A stretch of 64,000 bases of DNA, taken from contig OY781945.1 in assembly GCA_963677435.1 (NCBI GenBank), positions 352,001 through 416,000 on the forward strand, given 5' to 3'. Below the pieces are notes generated by a model. The model did no database searches, was not told where the DNA came from, and worked only from the letters and a program-made list of their open reading frames with translations. Of this stretch, positions 1 to 10,039 are shown piece by piece (position 1 is the first letter of the stretch; every line of letters starts with the position of its first letter). The DNA is from an uncultured Aliarcobacter sp. (lineage in GTDB: Bacteria; Campylobacterota; Campylobacteria; Campylobacterales; Arcobacteraceae). The position numbers and the translations under genes were made by a program.

Positions 1-185
1 TTAATTAATCCAGCTTTTAAAGCTGCATTTATCATGTTTGTTCCAATTCTATCTTTTACAGAATGTGAAGGGTTCATAAATTCACATTTACCTAAAACTG
101 TTGCACCACTTGTTTTTGTTGCACCTTGTAATTTTACTAAAGGTGTGTTACCAATTAATTCTGTTATGTTATTTGCATATTTCAT
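1..185 (-). CDS. cysK: Cysteine synthase A, 5' part only (runs off window)
   Basis: Manual translation [19 protein letters not shown]...[16 protein letters not shown] contains the PLP-binding SVKDR motif. Confidence 0.9.
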   Translation of the reverse strand, partial: MKYANNITELIGNTPLVKLQGATKTSGATVLGKCEFMNPSHSVKDRIGTNMINAALKAGLI

Positions 186-195
186 TCTAGATCCT

Positions 196-609
196 TTATA
201 TATTGTAATGTAAAAATTCGTTATATTTTTCTTGATATTCATCTAGTTTATCTAAAGGAATATCAAAAATTTTCTTCATACTATTTTTTGATTCATCAAA
301 AAAGATGTTTAAAATTGGATTATCAGTTTTAACATCTACTATCTTGATATCATCTTCTAAAGCTATTAAAATATCAACAATCTTAATATCTTTAGCACTT
401 TTTGCAAGAACATATCCTCCCCTTGCACCTCGTATACTTTTTACAAGTTCCGCTCTTCTTAATTTACTTAGAAGTTGTTCTAAGTAATTTTGAGGGATAT
501 TAGCATTAGCTGATATATCTCTGATTTGCATGGGAGAATCTTCTTGATGCTTACTTAACTCGTACATGGCAGTTAAACCGTATACACCTTTTGTTGATAT
601 TAATGGCAT
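196..609 (-). CDS. Rrf2-family transcriptional regulator (CymR/IscR-like, no Fe-S Cys triad)
   Basis: [28 protein letters not shown]rf2 signature; lies between metY and cysK. Confidence 0.92.
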   Translation of the reverse strand: MPLISTKGVYGLTAMYELSKHQEDSPMQIRDISANANIPQNYLEQLLSKLRRAELVKSIRGARGGYVLAKSAKDIKIVDILIALEDDIKIVDVKTDNPILNIFFDESKNSMKKIFDIPLDKLDEYQEKYNEFLHYNI

Positions 610-621
610 TTTATTAGTTTC

Positions 622-1890
622 TTAATTCAATGCTTGGTTTAAATCTTCAATAAGATCAATCGTGTTTTCCAACCCAATAGAAAGTCTAATAGTTACTGGA
701 TTTATTCCTGCTTTTATTAGCTCTTCTGGACTCATTTGTGAGTGAGTTGTAGATGCTGGATGAACAATAAGTGATTTACTATCTCCAATATTTACAACTA
801 CGCTGAATAGTTTTGCACTATCAATAACTCTTTTTGCTTCTTCAAATGATTCAACATCAAAAGAGATAAGTCCAGATGATTTTCCACCTTTAAAATATTT
901 TTGAGCTTTGTCATAATATTTGTTAGATTCTAATCCTGGGTAATTTACAGCTTTTACTTTTGGATGTGATTCTAAGAATTTAGCAACTTCTAAAGCATTA
1001 TCTGAATGTTTATCAACTCTTAAACTTAATGTCTCTAAAGTTTGGATTAATAACCAAGAGTTAAAAGGAGCTTGAGTTGCTCCAATATCTCTTAAAAGTG
1101 ATAATCTAATTCTTAAACAAAAGTTTGGAAGCGGAACATCTGTATAAACTAATCCATGATAAGATACATCAGGAGTTGTAAAGTGTGAATATCTGTTTTC
1201 ATTTGCTTTGAAGAATTCAGCTAATCCATCTCTTTCAACAATAATTCCACCAAGAGCAGTTCCTTGACCATTTGTATATTTTGAAGTTGAGTGAACAACA
1301 ACATCAACTCCCCATTTAATTGGATTAAATAATGCAGCACTTGCAACTGTATTATCACAAATAGTTAAAACACCATGTTTTTTTGCAATCTCAACTACTT
1401 TTTCCACATCAGGAATAGCAATTTGAGGGTTTGATAATGACTCAAAATAAATAGCTTTTGTTTTATCATCAATTAATGATTCTAAATCAGAAGCATCGTC
1501 ACTTTTAAATACTTTAGCATTAATTCCAAATCTTTTCATAGTGTAAGTGAATAATGTAACACTTCCACCATATAATTTGTCAGAGATAAGAATATTATCA
1601 CCAGCTTCAGCTACATTTGCAATTGCAAAAAATGACGCAGCTTGTCCTGAAGATGTACAAATAGCAGCAGCTCCACCTTCAAGTGCAGCAAATCTTTGCT
1701 CTAAAACATCCGTTGTTGGATTTGTTAATCTAGTATAGATTGGTCCAAGTTCTTTTAATGCAAATAAATTTGCAGCATGTTCAGAATCTCTAAATGCATA
1801 AGCAGTTGTTTGAGTAATTGGAACACTCATTGTTCCAAAACCTTCTTTTTTGTTATACCCAGCGTGTATTGCAATCGTTTCGTTTTGCAT
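622..1890 (-). CDS. metY: O-acetylhomoserine aminocarboxypropyltransferase / sulfhydrylase
   Basis: YTRLTNPT, HSTSKY (PLP Lys) and NIGDSKSLIVHPASTTH motifs. Confidence 0.9.
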   Translation of the reverse strand: MQNETIAIHAGYNKKEGFGTMSVPITQTTAYAFRDSEHAANLFALKELGPIYTRLTNPTTDVLEQRFAALEGGAAAICTSSGQAASFFAIANVAEAGDNILISDKLYGGSVTLFTYTMKRFGINAKVFKSDDASDLESLIDDKTKAIYFESLSNPQIAIPDVEKVVEIAKKHGVLTICDNTVASAALFNPIKWGVDVVVHSTSKYTNGQGTALGGIIVERDGLAEFFKANENRYSHFTTPDVSYHGLVYTDVPLPNFCLRIRLSLLRDIGATQAPFNSWLLIQTLETLSLRVDKHSDNALEVAKFLESHPKVKAVNYPGLESNKYYDKAQKYFKGGKSSGLISFDVESFEEAKRVIDSAKLFSVVVNIGDSKSLIVHPASTTHSQMSPEELIKAGINPVTIRLSIGLENTIDLIEDLNQALN

Positions 1891-1933
1891 TCTTTCCCTT
1901 TCTTTTTATTTGTTCTTTTCTTTATATGTTGAA

Positions 1934-1962
1934 ATTATAGAACTTTTTTTTATTAATGTCAA
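1934..1962 (-). promoter_or_regulatory. Consensus sigma-70 promoter of metY-rrf2-cysK
   Basis: Minus strand reads TTGACA-17 bp-TATAAT, ending 43 bp upstream of the metY start. Confidence 0.85.
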
Positions 1963-2061
1963 GTAATTTAATCACAATTAATATAATACCCTTTAAATAA
2001 GGGGTGATTAACTAACTTGATTAAATCTATCAAGATTATATCAAATGATTAAGTAATTTTA
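1959..2061. promoter_or_regulatory. Cluster of related TGATTAA-containing 17-bp boxes; putative Rrf2 operators
   Basis: GTGATTAAATTACTTGA (minus, 1959-1975), GTGATTAACTAACTTGA (2004-2020), TTGAT-N7-ATCAA (2017-2033), ATGATTAAGTAATTTTA (2045-2061). Confidence 0.5.
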
Positions 2062-2101
2062 TGTAAAATACCAATAAATCATAATTCTAAAGAGTCCTAA
2101 T

Positions 2102-2416
2102 ATGAAAAAATATAATATTTTTGAACAAATCATAGTTGATAAAAAAGAGGAAATATTTTTTGAAATTTTTAAAAACAAAACGATAAAAGTAGAAAAAATA
2201 GTTTCAAATGGACAAAAATCACCTGAAAATTTTTGGTATGAACAAGATAAAAGCGAATTTATTTTACTTCTTGAGGGTTTTGCAATATTAGAGTTTGAAA
2301 ATAAGGAAGTGGAGCTAAAAAAAGGTGATTGTTTAAATATAGAGGCTATGGAAAAACATAGGGTTAAATTTACAAGTTTGGAGGAGAGTACTATTTGGTT
2401 TGCGGTGTTTTATTAA
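2102..2416 (+). CDS. Cupin-domain protein
   Basis: EKIVSNGQKSP..WYEQ..EFILLLEG...GD...HRV cupin pattern. Confidence 0.8.
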   Translation: MKKYNIFEQIIVDKKEEIFFEIFKNKTIKVEKIVSNGQKSPENFWYEQDKSEFILLLEGFAILEFENKEVELKKGDCLNIEAMEKHRVKFTSLEESTIWFAVFY

Positions 2417-2982
2417 CTTCTCGTAATCCTAAAAGTCTCAAAAGCCAAAACACTATTATCAAAAAACTCTTTTCTTGAACTTTTTTTGTCATCTACAAAA
2501 GAGTAGTTTATTTGAAAAACTTTTTTATTTTTATCAAAAAAAGTGCAGATTTTATCGTAACTATATCTGTATCTTCCAGCTATATGGAAGTTTCTTCGCT
2601 CTTTTATTTTTATTGTCTGTTTTGTATTAAAATAAAAAATTCTATTTTTTAGCAGTTTATCATCCATTAAAAAATGAAGTATAACTATTCCTTTATCACA
2701 AACAACACCAATTTCAATGATGAAAAAATTTAAGATTGCTTTATAAAGATAAAAGAAAAAAGGTGAAAAAAGTAGGGCAAAAAACAATCCAAATATATCA
2801 TTTGAAATAATGAAATGATAAAACATGGTAATACAAATAACTAAACCAAAAATTGAAAAAAAGAGTGAGAATAGATTTGAAAGCAGTTTTTGTTTTAAAA
2901 CTCTTTTTGGGATTAAATCTTCAAAAAAGATGATTTTTCCTAAGTCGCTTGGGATATGTTTTTTATATCTGAAGTTTTTCAT
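2413..2982 (-). CDS. Hypothetical membrane protein
   Basis: 189-aa ORF with two hydrophobic segments; no recognised motif. Confidence 0.55.
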   Translation of the reverse strand: MKNFRYKKHIPSDLGKIIFFEDLIPKRVLKQKLLSNLFSLFFSIFGLVICITMFYHFIISNDIFGLFFALLFSPFFFYLYKAILNFFIIEIGVVCDKGIVILHFLMDDKLLKNRIFYFNTKQTIKIKERRNFHIAGRYRYSYDKICTFFDKNKKVFQINYSFVDDKKSSRKEFFDNSVLAFETFRITRS

Positions 2983-3071
2983 TTAAAGCCAATTTTTATG
3001 ATATAAGAAGTTTATTAAAAAATGCCAAAGCTCTATCTTAAAAAGGATTCCTTTAAAAGATAGATTATTAT

Positions 3072-4490
3072 TTATTCAACATCGTTTGCTAAAACTCTAT
3101 ATAAAGTTACACGATTATTAATTTTTGTTAAACGCAAAGAGATTAAATCTTGTTCTACACTATATAAGTTTCTTTGTGCTGTTAAAGCATTTAAGTATGT
3201 ATCAATACCTGCTTTATAGCGTTTTTCAGAAAGAAAATAGCTATTTTTAGAAGCATTAACTAGATTTTCTTGAGCGCTTAATTGATTCTCTATTGTTCCA
3301 TATCTTGCAAGGGCATCTGATACTTCACTAAATGCAGTTTGAATTGCTAATTCATATTTTGCAATATATAAATCCCTTTGAGATTTCGCATAATCAAGTG
3401 AAGCCTCTTTTGAACCCCAATCAAAAATTGGTAAAGAGATATTTGGAGCAAAACTCCAAACAGAAGCAGCTCCTCCACTAAAAAGATTACTTAAAGCAGT
3501 ACTTGCAATTCCTGCTGTTGTAGTGATAGAAATTGAGGGAAAATACGCAGCTCGTGCTACACTTATATTTGCATTTGCAGCTTTTAAATCATGTTCAGCA
3601 GCTAAAATATCTGGACGATTTAATAAAACATTTGAAGATAATCCAACTGGAATTGCAGTAAAATATTGTGCATTTTCATCTAATCCAGTAGGAAGTAACT
3701 CTTCTTTAAGATTTTCACCTACTGATAAGTTAAGTGCATTTAAATCTTGGGCTACTTGTGTTTTGTATTTTTCAATGTCTGCTAATGCTTGAAAATATAT
3801 AGTTTGGGCATCATAAAGTGCAACTTTTGAATCAACACCTGCTTTTATTCTAGCTTGGATAATATCTAGATTTTTTTTGCTATTAGTAGCAGTCTCTTTT
3901 GCAAAATTTAGTAAACTTTTATCAGCTGCCATTGTTAGCCAAGCATTTGTAACTTCTGCAATAATTGTAATACGAGTTGTTCTTTCATTTTCTTTTACTG
4001 ATAAGTAACTTTCAAAATCAGCTTTTGATAAATTTCTAGCCTTTCCGAAAAAATCCAATTCGTAAGAACTTAATCCTACGTTTGCATTGTAACTTTCAGA
4101 GATATTTGTAGAATTATTTGAAGATGAACTATTCAAAGATCTAGATTTATTTCCAGAAACTTCTCCATTTATTGTTGGAAATTCTGCAGCATTTTGTACT
4201 TTGTAAGTTGCTCTTGCTGATTGTATATTTGCTATTGCTTCTTTAAGTGTTCGATTTTGATTAAGTGATATTTTTATAACTTCTTTTAATTTCTCATCTA
4301 AAATCATATTTTCCCATAAAAGTGGTTCACTTATATCTGAAGTTTCAACTTTATATGCTTCTCCTTTTGGCCAATTTACTGGAATTGGAGCAGCTGGTTG
4401 TTCGTATTTAGAATCTATTAAACTACAAGCACTTAAAAACATTGATAAAGTAAGTGAGATAGATATATGAATTATTTTATTAGTTTTCAT
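3072..4490 (-). CDS. Efflux outer-membrane lipoprotein (OprM/NodT family)
   Basis: Lipobox LSAC, SYELDFFG, RPDILAAEHDL, ARAAYFPSISIT. Confidence 0.92.
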   Translation of the reverse strand: MKTNKIIHISISLTLSMFLSACSLIDSKYEQPAAPIPVNWPKGEAYKVETSDISEPLLWENMILDEKLKEVIKISLNQNRTLKEAIANIQSARATYKVQNAAEFPTINGEVSGNKSRSLNSSSSNNSTNISESYNANVGLSSYELDFFGKARNLSKADFESYLSVKENERTTRITIIAEVTNAWLTMAADKSLLNFAKETATNSKKNLDIIQARIKAGVDSKVALYDAQTIYFQALADIEKYKTQVAQDLNALNLSVGENLKEELLPTGLDENAQYFTAIPVGLSSNVLLNRPDILAAEHDLKAANANISVARAAYFPSISITTTAGIASTALSNLFSGGAASVWSFAPNISLPIFDWGSKEASLDYAKSQRDLYIAKYELAIQTAFSEVSDALARYGTIENQLSAQENLVNASKNSYFLSEKRYKAGIDTYLNALTAQRNLYSVEQDLISLRLTKINNRVTLYRVLANDVE

Positions 4491-4493
4491 TTT

Positions 4494-7400
4494 TTAATCT
4501 GCCTTTTTTACTATATTTGAATTCGTTTTGTTTTTTCTAAAGATTGAACTTATTAAAACATAAAACAATGGAATCATAAATACTCCAAGAATCGTAGCTG
4601 TCAATGTTCCCCCAACAATTCCTGTTCCTATGGCAATTCTACTATTTGCTCCAGCTCCTGTTGAAACAGCAAGTGGTAAAACTCCAACTATAAAGGCTAA
4701 TGAAGTCATTAAAATAGGTCTTAATCTTAATCTTGCACCCTCAACAGCGGCATCCATTAAGGAGTGACCATTTTTGTAAGCAACTTCAACGAACTCGACA
4801 ATCAAAATTGCATTTTTAGAAGATAATCCAATTACAGTTAATAAGGCAACTTGGAAATAAACATCATTATCTAATCCTCTAATTGTTGTAATCAAAACAG
4901 CTCCAATAATCCCTAAAGGAATAACTAATAAAACAGAAAATGGAATTGACCAACTCTCATATAAAGCAGCAAGACATAAGAAAACAAACAAAATAGAAAT
5001 TGAGTATAAAAGTAAACTTTGTCCACTTGAAAGATGTTCTTGATATGATAATCCACTCCATGCAAAACTAGAACCTTTTGGAAGTTCATTTGCTAATTTT
5101 TCCATCTCATCCATAGCAGTTCCAGAACTAACGCCAGTAGCGCCTGCTCCTTGTATTTCATAAGAAGCTAAACCATTATATCTTGAAAGACTCTCTGGTC
5201 CAAAAGTCCATTTTGTAGTAGTAAATGTAGAAAATGGAGTCATACTCTCATTATCACTAGCTCTTACATACCACTTATTAATATCTTCAGGAGCAGAACG
5301 GAATGCTGCATCACCTTGAATATATACTTTTTTCACTCTTCCTCTATCGATAAAGTCATTTACATAACTTCCTGCCCATGCGGCATTTAATGTTGAGTCA
5401 ATTTGAGATAATTCAAGACCTAAAGATAAAGCTTTTTCATGGTCAATATCTACATGTAATTGTGGAGTTTCTTCCATACTTCCTAATCTAACACCTGATA
5501 ACATAGAATCTGTTGAAGCACCACTTAATAATGTATCTCTCATTTGTTTTAGAGTATCTCTTGAAGTCCCTGCATTTGCTTGAAGTTGGAAGGTAAATCC
5601 ATTTGTATTTCCTAATCCTCTAATAGCAGGAGGATTTAAAGCAAAAATCATAGCATCTCTTGTTGTAAATAATTGTTGATTTGTTCTATTTACTATAGCT
5701 GATGCACTATTTTGTGGGTCTAATCTTGAATCCCAATCTTTTAAAGAAACAAAAGCCATTCCTGCATTTTGTCCACTTCCACTAAAATTAAATCCTGAAA
5801 TTGTAAAAATAGATTCTGTATTATTTTTCTCATTAGTTAAAAAATGCTCTTCTACTTTTCTTGTGATTTCGTCTGTTCTTTTTACTGATGCACCTTGTGG
5901 TAATGATATTTGAGCCATTACTTCACCTTGATCTTCAAGGGGTAAAAAACTTGTAGGAAGTCTGTAAGTTAGAAATGACATAGCAACTATAATTATTAAA
6001 TATAAAAACATCCATCTTATAGGATTTTTTAAGATATTTAGAACTTTTTGCTCATATTTTTTTGTAATAGATTCAAAAGTATTATTAAACCAATGGAAAA
6101 AACCAGTAGTTTTTTCTTGGTGTTTTTCAGTTAATAGTGAGGCACATAAAGCAGGTGTTAAAGTTAAAGCCACAATTACAGAAAGAATCATTGAAGATAC
6201 AATTGTAATAGAGAATTGTCGATAAATAACACCAGTTGAACCATCAAAAAATGCCATTGGTAAGAAAACGGCAGAAAGAACAATAGCAATTCCAATTAAT
6301 ACTGTACTTACTTCTTTCATAGATTCTACAGTTGCATCGTGGGCAGAAAGACCTTTTTCTCTCATAATCCTTTCAACATTTTCAATTACAACAATTGCAT
6401 CATCAACAAGTAAACCAATGGATAAAACCATACCAAACATTGTTAAGGTATTTATTGAATATCCAAAAATTTGAAGTACTCCAAATGTTCCTAAAAGAAC
6501 AACTGGAACAGCAACTGCTGGAATAATAGTAGCTCGCCAACTTTGTAAAAAGATAAATACTACAAGAACAACTAATAAAATAGCTTCAATTAGAGTTTTT
6601 ACTACTTCATTTATAGAAATACTAATAAATTTTGTACTATCAATAGGATATGCGATTTTATAACCATCTGGCATATTTCGTTGTAATTCACTTAATAATG
6701 CTCGAACTTTTTTTGCAGTTGATAGGGCATTTGCACCTGAAGATAACATAACTGCAAGTCCAGAAGCAGGGTGACCATTTAATCTAGTTATATTATTATA
6801 AGATTCATTTCCTATTTCAACTCTTGCAACATCTGAAAGACGAACTAATGCTCCATTTGTATCATGTTTGATTATGATATTTTTAAATTGTTCAGGAGTT
6901 TGTAATTTTGATTCAGCAGTTACTGTTGCATTTAGTTGTTGATTTTCTAAGGTTGGCATTGCCCCTATTTTACCAGCTGATACTTGAACATTTTGAGTTG
7001 TAATTGCTGTTTGTATATCTGAGGGCATAAGTTTGTATGCTAAAAGTTTTGAAGGATCTAACCAAATACGCATAGCATATTGTGAACCAAAAACTTGGAT
7101 ACTTCCAACTCCTTCACTTCTTGCTACTGAATCTTGAATATTACTTACTAAATAATCAGAAATATCAGATGCTGTTGCCTTGTCTGTTTCATCATACAAT
7201 GCAGCAATCATTAAGAAATCTGTTTGAGACTTAGTAACATTCACTCCTTGTTCTTGTACAGAGGTTGGTAATCTTGTTGTTACTTGAGAGATTTTATTTT
7301 GAACTTGAACTTGTGCTGTATCTGGATTTGTTCCTTGTTCAAAAGATACATTAATACTAACACTACCTGAAGAAGTACTAGACGAGGTAAAATATAATAA

Positions 7401-7622
7401 ACCATCTAATCCAGTTAGTTGTTGTTCCAATAATTGAGTAACACTATTTTCAACAGTTTGGGCAGATGCTCCTGTATAAGTAGTTGAAATTTTTATTGTT
7501 GGGGGTGCAATATCAGGATATTGAGCAACAGGTAAATTAAATATAGAAGCTAATCCACCTAACATGATAACGATTGAAATAACCCAAGCAAAGATGGGTC
7601 TGTTTATAAAAAAAGCTCCCAT
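4494..7622 (-). CDS. RND efflux permease (AcrB/MexB, HAE1 family)
   Basis: FFINRPIFAWV, GLLVDDAIVVIENVER, KNAILIVEF, RLRPILMTS. Confidence 0.95.
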   Translation of the reverse strand: MGAFFINRPIFAWVISIVIMLGGLASIFNLPVAQYPDIAPPTIKISTTYTGASAQTVENSVTQLLEQQLTGLDGLLYFTSSSTSSGSVSINVSFEQGTNPDTAQVQVQNKISQVTTRLPTSVQEQGVNVTKSQTDFLMIAALYDETDKATASDISDYLVSNIQDSVARSEGVGSIQVFGSQYAMRIWLDPSKLLAYKLMPSDIQTAITTQNVQVSAGKIGAMPTLENQQLNATVTAESKLQTPEQFKNIIIKHDTNGALVRLSDVARVEIGNESYNNITRLNGHPASGLAVMLSSGANALSTAKKVRALLSELQRNMPDGYKIAYPIDSTKFISISINEVVKTLIEAILLVVLVVFIFLQSWRATIIPAVAVPVVLLGTFGVLQIFGYSINTLTMFGMVLSIGLLVDDAIVVIENVERIMREKGLSAHDATVESMKEVSTVLIGIAIVLSAVFLPMAFFDGSTGVIYRQFSITIVSSMILSVIVALTLTPALCASLLTEKHQEKTTGFFHWFNNTFESITKKYEQKVLNILKNPIRWMFLYLIIIVAMSFLTYRLPTSFLPLEDQGEVMAQISLPQGASVKRTDEITRKVEEHFLTNEKNNTESIFTISGFNFSGSGQNAGMAFVSLKDWDSRLDPQNSASAIVNRTNQQLFTTRDAMIFALNPPAIRGLGNTNGFTFQLQANAGTSRDTLKQMRDTLLSGASTDSMLSGVRLGSMEETPQLHVDIDHEKALSLGLELSQIDSTLNAAWAGSYVNDFIDRGRVKKVYIQGDAAFRSAPEDINKWYVRASDNESMTPFSTFTTTKWTFGPESLSRYNGLASYEIQGAGATGVSSGTAMDEMEKLANELPKGSSFAWSGLSYQEHLSSGQSLLLYSISILFVFLCLAALYESWSIPFSVLLVIPLGIIGAVLITTIRGLDNDVYFQVALLTVIGLSSKNAILIVEFVEVAYKNGHSLMDAAVEGARLRLRPILMTSLAFIVGVLPLAVSTGAGANSRIAIGTGIVGGTLTATILGVFMIPLFYVLISSIFRKNKTNSNIVKKAD

Positions 7623-8791
7623 TAGTTTATTTTATTAGGGTTATCAAATTTGAAGTTTGATGTAATATCGCTATCTTTAACTTTTGCACCAACTCTGATT
7701 TTATTTAGACCCTCAACAATTAAGTGATCACCAACATTAAATCCATCTTTTACTAACCAATAATCGTTTATTGCTCTATCTATTACGATATGGAGTTTTT
7801 CAACTTCTGAATTTTTATTTACAATCATTGCTGTTGCATTTCCTTTTTCATCAAAAGTAACACCTTGTTGAGGAACTAAAATAGCTTTTGTATTAATAGC
7901 TTCATTTACAATAATATTTACATACATTCCTGGTAATAATATATTTTTTGGATTAGGAAATTGCGCTCTTAATGTAACAGAACCTGTTGCTTCATCAACT
8001 GCTAGTTCTTGAAGTTTAAATTTTCCTTTATTTTCATATATTGAGCCATCTTCAAGTTTTAAACTAACAGTTGCACTTGCTTCTTTAATATTTTCTTGTT
8101 TAAGAAGTTTTTTCAAGTTTAACATCTGAACACTTGATTGAGTAAAATCTACATAAATTGGATCAAGAGATCTAACAGTTGCTAATGCCGTCGTTTGTTG
8201 AGCTGTTACTAATGCTCCCTCTGTTACGCTAGATATTCCAATATGTCCAGAAATAGGAGATGTGATTTGAGTGTATTCAAGATTGATTTTAGCACTTTGC
8301 ATTGCTGCTTTTTTCTCTTCTACGCTTGCTAGGGCTTGTAAATATGCAACATTTGCATCTTCATACTCTTGTTTTGAAACACCATCAATTTTTAATAAAT
8401 CTTTGTATCTTTCATCTTTTAGTTTTGCGGCTTTTACATTTGCTAAAACATTTGCATAAGAAGCTTTTGCTTCATTATATGCTGCTTCATAACTTGATGA
8501 AACTACTTTATATAAAATATCACCTTTATTTACAGTTGAACCCTCTTTAAATAATTGACGCTCAATTATTCCTCCAATTTGAGGACGAATTTCTGAATTT
8601 AAAGCAATTACAGTTCTTCCTGGAAGTTCCTGTTGTAGTGTGATTTCTTGTTGATTTATTGTATATGTTCCAACTTCAGTTGGTTTTTTTGTAGGTGCTT
8701 TTTTTTCAGTTTCTTCAAAACAACCATTGAAAATAGTTATTACTCCAATTAAACTAATAAAAAAACAACTTTTTGTAAGGTAATTCTTCAA
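7622..8791 (-). CDS. RND periplasmic adaptor (AcrA/MexA family)
   Basis: Lipobox, ELPGRT...EIRPQIGG, ITSPISG, LLPGMYV; TTG start. Confidence 0.93.
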   Translation of the reverse strand: MKNYLTKSCFFISLIGVITIFNGCFEETEKKAPTKKPTEVGTYTINQQEITLQQELPGRTVIALNSEIRPQIGGIIERQLFKEGSTVNKGDILYKVVSSSYEAAYNEAKASYANVLANVKAAKLKDERYKDLLKIDGVSKQEYEDANVAYLQALASVEEKKAAMQSAKINLEYTQITSPISGHIGISSVTEGALVTAQQTTALATVRSLDPIYVDFTQSSVQMLNLKKLLKQENIKEASATVSLKLEDGSIYENKGKFKLQELAVDEATGSVTLRAQFPNPKNILLPGMYVNIIVNEAINTKAILVPQQGVTFDEKGNATAMIVNKNSEVEKLHIVIDRAINDYWLVKDGFNVGDHLIVEGLNKIRVGAKVKDSDITSNFKFDNPNKIN

Positions 8792-8894
8792 AATTGTATC
8801 CTATGTTAAGTAAGTATATGTATAAGAATTTTAGTATATCTGAATTAATAGTATCTTAACGAAATTACATTATTAGAGGCCATTTATAAAAAGA

Positions 8895-10037
8895 TTAAAA
8901 AATCACCAAAGCTCTTCCAAAAGGGATTCTCTCTTTTTTATTTGACAATGCCCAAAGAACTTCATACGATGGTGGGATTCTTGGGAAAATTCCATCTCCA
9001 TCTGTGAAATATAAAAGCATACTTGACATTGGAAAGTTTGCATCGATGTATTCAAAAACTGGTCGATAGTCTGTTCCGCCTCCACCTTTTAGGGCAAACT
9101 CTATATCTTCTGCACCTCTAAAACTATAGTGGGCATGAACTTTTGCATCTGCTATTAGAAGCTCAATATTTACTGCTGGAAAGTTTTGCATGATAGCTTT
9201 AAACTCTTCTATAAATGCTCCTAATATTTCTTCTCGAATAGAACCAGATGTATCAATGGCAACTATTAAACTCAAAGTATCACTTGTAAGTGAGGGCAGG
9301 GCAAAACCTCTGTAAAGATGTTTTTTATTTGGTGGCATAAAAGCGTAGTTGTTTCTCATGTGGCGATTTATGGCATTGTAAAGTTCAAACTTCCAATCTA
9401 TATTTTGGGCTACTACTTTTTTTGCGAGTCTTTCAAAACCTAAAGGCATTAGAGATTTTCTAGTTGATACCTCTTTTGCAAGTGCGCTTGCATATTCCCA
9501 TTGTTCTTCGTCTCGCTCATCAAGATTTTCTTGTATTTTTTTTACTTTTCTAAACTTTTGAGTATTATCTCTATTGTTTTTTTGCTCATCATTTTGTTGA
9601 ACTTTTTCATCATCAAAAGCATCAACTCCACTTTCGATTAACTCTTTTTTTAGAAAATCATAAATCTCTTCTGCATACATATTTTTGAATTTTTTATCAT
9701 AATTTACACCATGGGGCATTTTCATACCATTTTTAAAAAGAAGATTATTGATTGCATAATCAGTTGCTAATTGCCAAAGATAACCTTTTCTTTTTAACTT
9801 TCTTTGTTGGTGAGATAAAATGTGATGCATAACACAGTTTGTCAAAATAAAAGAGAGCTCTTCAATGGTACAACTGTTTATAAAATCAGGGTTATATAAA
9901 AATCTTACTCCATTACTGGCATAAGATTCTATATTTTCACTCTCTTCATGTTTTAATCTTGAAGCCAACATTCCAAAATATGGGTATTTGGTTGTTAGTT
10001 GGCTTTTGGCTTTGATTAAAAGTGTGTTTGCATTCAT
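8895..10037 (-). CDS. DUF2201-type metallopeptidase-like plus vWA domain protein
   Basis: MIDAS VAIDTSGS, GGGGTDYRP, YFTDG; start moved to ATG 10037 just after the AAA gene stop. Confidence 0.85.
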   Translation of the reverse strand: MNANTLLIKAKSQLTTKYPYFGMLASRLKHEESENIESYASNGVRFLYNPDFINSCTIEELSFILTNCVMHHILSHQQRKLKRKGYLWQLATDYAINNLLFKNGMKMPHGVNYDKKFKNMYAEEIYDFLKKELIESGVDAFDDEKVQQNDEQKNNRDNTQKFRKVKKIQENLDERDEEQWEYASALAKEVSTRKSLMPLGFERLAKKVVAQNIDWKFELYNAINRHMRNNYAFMPPNKKHLYRGFALPSLTSDTLSLIVAIDTSGSIREEILGAFIEEFKAIMQNFPAVNIELLIADAKVHAHYSFRGAEDIEFALKGGGGTDYRPVFEYIDANFPMSSMLLYFTDGDGIFPRIPPSYEVLWALSNKKERIPFGRALVIF

Positions 10038-10039
10038 AA

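Noticed and set aside
1891..2101. Possible SAM riboswitch upstream of metY
   Set aside because: The promoter leaves only about 35 nt of leader and no riboswitch core is visible.
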